Part shown: piece after piece, positions 60,100 to 64,000 of the stretch | How the letters are laid out: every line of letters starts with the position of its first letter | Numbering within the stretch: the stretch's first letter is position 1 | Source of the DNA: Macrostomum lignano | Taxonomy: Eukaryota | Assembly (NCBI GenBank): GCA_002269645.1 | Contig: NIVC01002482.1 | Span: 62,001-126,000 of the forward strand | Length of the DNA stretch: 64,000 nucleotides | Reading direction: 5' to 3' | The notes under the pieces: generated by a model | Seen by the model: the letters and a program-made list of their open reading frames with translations, nothing else | What the model was told of the DNA's origin: nothing | The model's database searches: none | Position numbers and translations under genes: made by a program

Positions 60100-62127
60100 A
60101 TGACAAGGCAATTGAGGCGACAAGCAAATAAGGATTTGCTGGGCTTGTTCATGGAAGGAGAACAAGAAGCTTTGGAAGACATCGCACTGCAAGAGAAAAA
60201 AAGAAAAGTATTCGAAGCAGATGATTCTGGGAGAGTCGCCGGTTTCATCGCTTCGGAGTCCTCTGTAGCAGAAGTCAATGAAGGTACGGATCCAGATCTT
60301 GACAACGACAATGGCAGCTATCCTGATTTTGACGAGTTCGCGCGAGTTTGCAGCGATGAAGATGAGGAGATTGACAAGAAAGAGGATGACCGCTCTTTAG
60401 AAGATAAAATATTCGCCTTGCTGGTAGTCTACTTTTCTTGTTTCAACCTAAGTCGTGGATCTAAAAAATTCCTTGTTGATGGTCTAAGAGACATAGGCTT
60501 GCCTGCGCCGAAGTCTGTCAACTCTATTGAGGCCGTCATCAATGCTGGCGATCCAACGGAAAAATTGGAGCCCATGGGAAAAGGCCATTTTCGCTACATT
60601 TCGATTCTGAAAAATCTAGAACTAATGTTTCGCAAAAACCAGCTGCACATGAAGCCAGAATATCTACAACACGATAGTGAAACTGAGAAGGTTTACAAAA
60701 TTGAAGCCATCGTTAATTTTGACGGCTTGCCTTTGTACCGAGCAAGCCACTTCGGTCTTTGGCCCATACTTATGTCTATTCCCAGCATATTCAGCAGACC
60801 TTTTCCAGTAGCCGTATGGGCTGGTTGTGGCAAGCCACCTCTGAATGATTATCTTCGACAATTTTGCGACGAGGCTAAACGTTTTCTTACGGGTCCAATA
60901 AAAATTATCGAAAATTTAAGCATCAGCTTCTCGACTATCCGATTTGTTTGCGATGCGCCTGCTCGAGCCTGGGTCTCAGTAACTCAAGGGCACATGTCGT
61001 ACGTCGGTTGCATGTACTGCAGGGCTACTGGACCTTATACCGACAACAGAGTAACATTTTCAACGAGCGTCGGGGAGTCTCGTAGCAGCCAACAATACCG
61101 AGAGGGAAAGGAGTCTAACCAGGAAAATAAAAAAATCGCTCTATCGCCCCTTCTAAATTTGCCTAACATTAGTTTTGTCGATGCTTTTCCCCCTGACTAC
61201 CAGCATGCCGTATGCCTTGGAGTCACAAGGAAGCTATTTTACCTATTTTTCGACAAATCTAATGGCAAGAAGTGTCTCGTCTATCCCGGTCCGATGAGCC
61301 TATTGGGCGACCGAATTACTATGGCTGCCGGTTGGACACCTTCAAACTTTCAACGAAGACCCCGGAAAATCGACTTGGAACTGAAGCACATGAAGGCTAC
61401 TGAATTCAGACAGTACTTGCTGTACCTAGGACCTGTCCTCTTCAAAGGCATTTTAAATGAAGAAAGGTATAACCACTTTCTTTACCTCCATTTCGCCATT
61501 TACGCATACTCCAACGAAAGGTACTCCAAGTGGTGGACGCAGGCAAAAACTTGCATTGAAGTTTTTGTTGAACGGGCTGCCCACCTTTACGGCCAGAAGT
61601 TTATAAGTTTCAATCTTCACACTATTCTTCATTTGGATGAGTTTGTCCGAAAGCTAGGCAGTTTAAACAACTTTTCGACTTTCCCTTTCGAAAACTTTCT
61701 TGGATCTGTAAAGCGCCGCGTAAAGGTGACAAGGCACATGGCAGCGCATTCAGTTAAGCAGGTGCTCAGAGTTCGCGATCTTCTGTTGAATGAGCAGCGA
61801 ATTCCACCGTTGAAATTCAGCACAAAGCGAGGTGATAATTGTTGCATAATCGACAAAGTATGCGTCCTAATCGAAGCTGTAAGTGAAGCTAATCAAGTCA
61901 CTGGCAGGATTTTACACCCAGTTGACAACATCTACGCCAACCCATATCCATCTTTGCGTCTGGGAATCGGCTTGTACAGGATGACATCTGGTGTTCTAAC
62001 TGGCACACCTGAGCGAAAGTGCTGGATTTTGCCTGCGAATCTGCTTGCCAATCTTGCTGGAGCGGACAGGGATCCAGCAAGCCATTTTTTTGTCATTCCT
62101 CTGACAGGTGACTCCGAGGAGGCCTGA
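60100..62127 (+). CDS. EnSpm/CACTA (CMC)-like DDE transposase (675 aa)
   Basis: NFDGLPLYRAS..LWPIL, FVCDAPARAW..GH.SY.GC.YC, PPDYQHAVCLGV, KATEFRQYLLY, LYG...ISFNLH..LH, FPFENFL. Confidence 0.88.
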   Translation: MTRQLRRQANKDLLGLFMEGEQEALEDIALQEKKRKVFEADDSGRVAGFIASESSVAEVNEGTDPDLDNDNGSYPDFDEFARVCSDEDEEIDKKEDDRSLEDKIFALLVVYFSCFNLSRGSKKFLVDGLRDIGLPAPKSVNSIEAVINAGDPTEKLEPMGKGHFRYISILKNLELMFRKNQLHMKPEYLQHDSETEKVYKIEAIVNFDGLPLYRASHFGLWPILMSIPSIFSRPFPVAVWAGCGKPPLNDYLRQFCDEAKRFLTGPIKIIENLSISFSTIRFVCDAPARAWVSVTQGHMSYVGCMYCRATGPYTDNRVTFSTSVGESRSSQQYREGKESNQENKKIALSPLLNLPNISFVDAFPPDYQHAVCLGVTRKLFYLFFDKSNGKKCLVYPGPMSLLGDRITMAAGWTPSNFQRRPRKIDLELKHMKATEFRQYLLYLGPVLFKGILNEERYNHFLYLHFAIYAYSNERYSKWWTQAKTCIEVFVERAAHLYGQKFISFNLHTILHLDEFVRKLGSLNNFSTFPFENFLGSVKRRVKVTRHMAAHSVKQVLRVRDLLLNEQRIPPLKFSTKRGDNCCIIDKVCVLIEAVSEANQVTGRILHPVDNIYANPYPSLRLGIGLYRMTSGVLTGTPERKCWILPANLLANLAGADRDPASHFFVIPLTGDSEEA

Positions 62128-62918
62128 TGTAGGACGCGTGAGTCGCAAGTGAGTACTAAAAATATCTTTCTCTGGTTTTTTATATCAATCCGATTTCCTT
62201 CTATCTCGATTCTCGTATTCCCTGTATTCTGCAATTCTGCAATTTCTTCCTGTATATGTTCTCAGCTTCAACACGCAGACATGATTGTAGATTGTGAGTT
62301 AAATATTAGTATATTACGATGCATACTCGATCGCAACTGCCATTTTATCTTTACTTTTAGGATCCGCAGTTTCACGAGTTTACTACAAGCCTGGCGATCG
62401 GTCATTCATGAACTGGAGTTATTTTAGAGACTGATTATATTGATTCTATCTTTATTGTTTACATTCTTGAACCCTAGAATTAGGTACAGCTTAAAATTCG
62501 GTGTTATAGAGGCCGGAGGGGTAATTTAGCTCAAAACTGTGTAGGAGGGGTGGAGGGGCCGGAAACTTAGTGGGAGGTGATGCCGCTGTATGTGGCTGAA
62601 ATGGGGGATTTATTTTCTTAAACCCCAGTATACGAGTATGAAATACTAATGGTATTGTATACAGTATTCCTACCTCCAATTCAAGCCAACAGAATTTTTG
62701 TAATATTTTACTTATCCCATTGATAATAATCAACTAGCTGCACAACTGTAATTTCCATCTGTTACCATCTGGTTTTACTTTTAAGCACATATAAAATGCT
62801 ATGAATATTTTCTTTCTTTTGCTGGCACCTATTTTAGGTCAGATCGAATCAATACTTTCCGTATCAAAGTATTTATGTGTTTATGCTAGGTTGTAACTTA
62901 TAAAATATATATATATGA

Positions 62919-63943
62919 ATGAATGACCGATCGCCAGGCTTGTAGTAAACTCGTGAAACTGCGGATCCTAAAAGTAAAGATAAAATGGCAGTTGCGATCG
63001 AGTATGCATCGTAATATACTAATATTTAACTCACAATCTACAATCATGTCTGCGTGTTGAAGCTGAGAACATATACAGGAAGAAATTGCAGAATTGCAGA
63101 ATACAGGGAATACGAGAATCGAGATAGAAGGAAATCGGATTGATATAAAAAACCAGAGAAAGATATTTTTAGTACTCACTTGCGACTCACGCGTCCTACA
63201 TCAGGCCTCCTCGGAGTCACCTGTCAGAGGAATGACAAAAAATGGCTTGCTGGATCCCTGTCCGCTCCAGCAAGATTGGCAAGCAGATTCGCAGGCAAAA
63301 TCCAGCACTTTCGCTCAGGTGTGCCAGTTAGAACACCAGATGTCATCCTCTACAAGCCGATTCCCAGACGCAAAGATGGATATGGGTTGGCGTAGATGTT
63401 GTCAACTGGGTGTAAAATCCTGCCAGTGACTTGATTAGCTTCACTTACAGCTTCGATTAGGACGCATACTTTGTCGATTATGCAACAATTATCACCTCGC
63501 TTTGTGCTGAATTTCAACGGTGGAATTCGCTGCTCATTCAACAGAAGATCGCGAACTCTGAGCACCTGCTTAACTGAATGCGCTGCCATGTGCCTTGTCA
63601 CCTTTACGCGGCGCTTTACAGATCCAAGAAAGTTTTCGAAAGGGAAGTCGAAAAGTTGTTTAAACTGCCTAGCTTTCGGACAAACTCATCCAAATGAAGA
63701 ATAGTGTGAAGATTGAAACTTATAAACTTCTGGCCGTAAAGGTGGGCAGCCGTTCAACAAAAACTTCAATGCAAGTTTTTGCCTGCGTCCACCACTTGGA
63801 GTACCTTTCGTTGGAGTATGCGTAAATGGCGAAATGGAGGTAAAGAAAGTGGTTATACCTTTCTTCATTTAAAATGCCTTTGAAGAGGACAGGTCCTAGG
63901 TACAGCAAGTACTGTCTGAATTCAGTAGCCTTCATGTGCTTCA
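62919..63943 (-). pseudogene. Inverted duplicate of 61382-62409 (3' third of the transposase plus downstream region)
   Basis: Reverse-complement match over ~1025 bp with three 1-bp homopolymer deletions and one substitution found; 509-bp spacer. Confidence 0.93.
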
Positions 63944-64000
63944 TGTGCTATATATAGTTCAGACCTTGTCAAGCCTCGCACGAAATTCGTCTTTGTTCTT

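Larger units (their letters stand above)
56195..62409. mobile_element. Putative two-gene EnSpm/CACTA-like DNA transposon
   Basis: Divergent transposase and accessory gene 364 bp apart. The candidate left end CCCAGT at 56195 has GGCGCCCGGTGG subterminal repeats. The right TIR was not found, so boundaries are tentative. Confidence 0.55.

Overview
Repeat-rich eukaryotic (metazoan) genomic DNA, with no prokaryotic features and no CRISPR. It is most likely the flatworm Macrostomum: this is an inference from a match to its spliced-leader (SL) sequence as I recall it. Mobile elements: a full-length BEL/Pao LTR retrotransposon (1117-8149, minus; identical 270-bp LTRs, GCTAG TSD, tRNA-iMet PBS, PPT), a 5'-truncated RNase H-bearing I-group LINE, tRNA-derived SINEs, several hAT-type MITEs with 8-bp TSDs, and an EnSpm/CACTA-like transposase paired head-to-head with a 6-exon BEN/DUF4806-like accessory gene. 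The transposase is followed by a 1-kb inverted duplication of its 3' part. Host genes, all on the minus strand: an orphan hyper-acidic protein, a 5-exon cyclic-nucleotide-binding-domain protein, three tandem KIF3A-like kinesin-2 copies (one chimeric and degenerate), IAH1 and a calmodulin-like protein. There are also many mini- and microsatellites. Headline observation: both LTRs of the BEL/Pao element carry, on the element's sense strand and 13 nt before the LTR end, a near-copy of the flatworm spliced-leader exon (25 nt identical to the recalled SL, terminal ATG retained). This suggests a retrotransposon that has captured or mimics the host trans-splicing leader.
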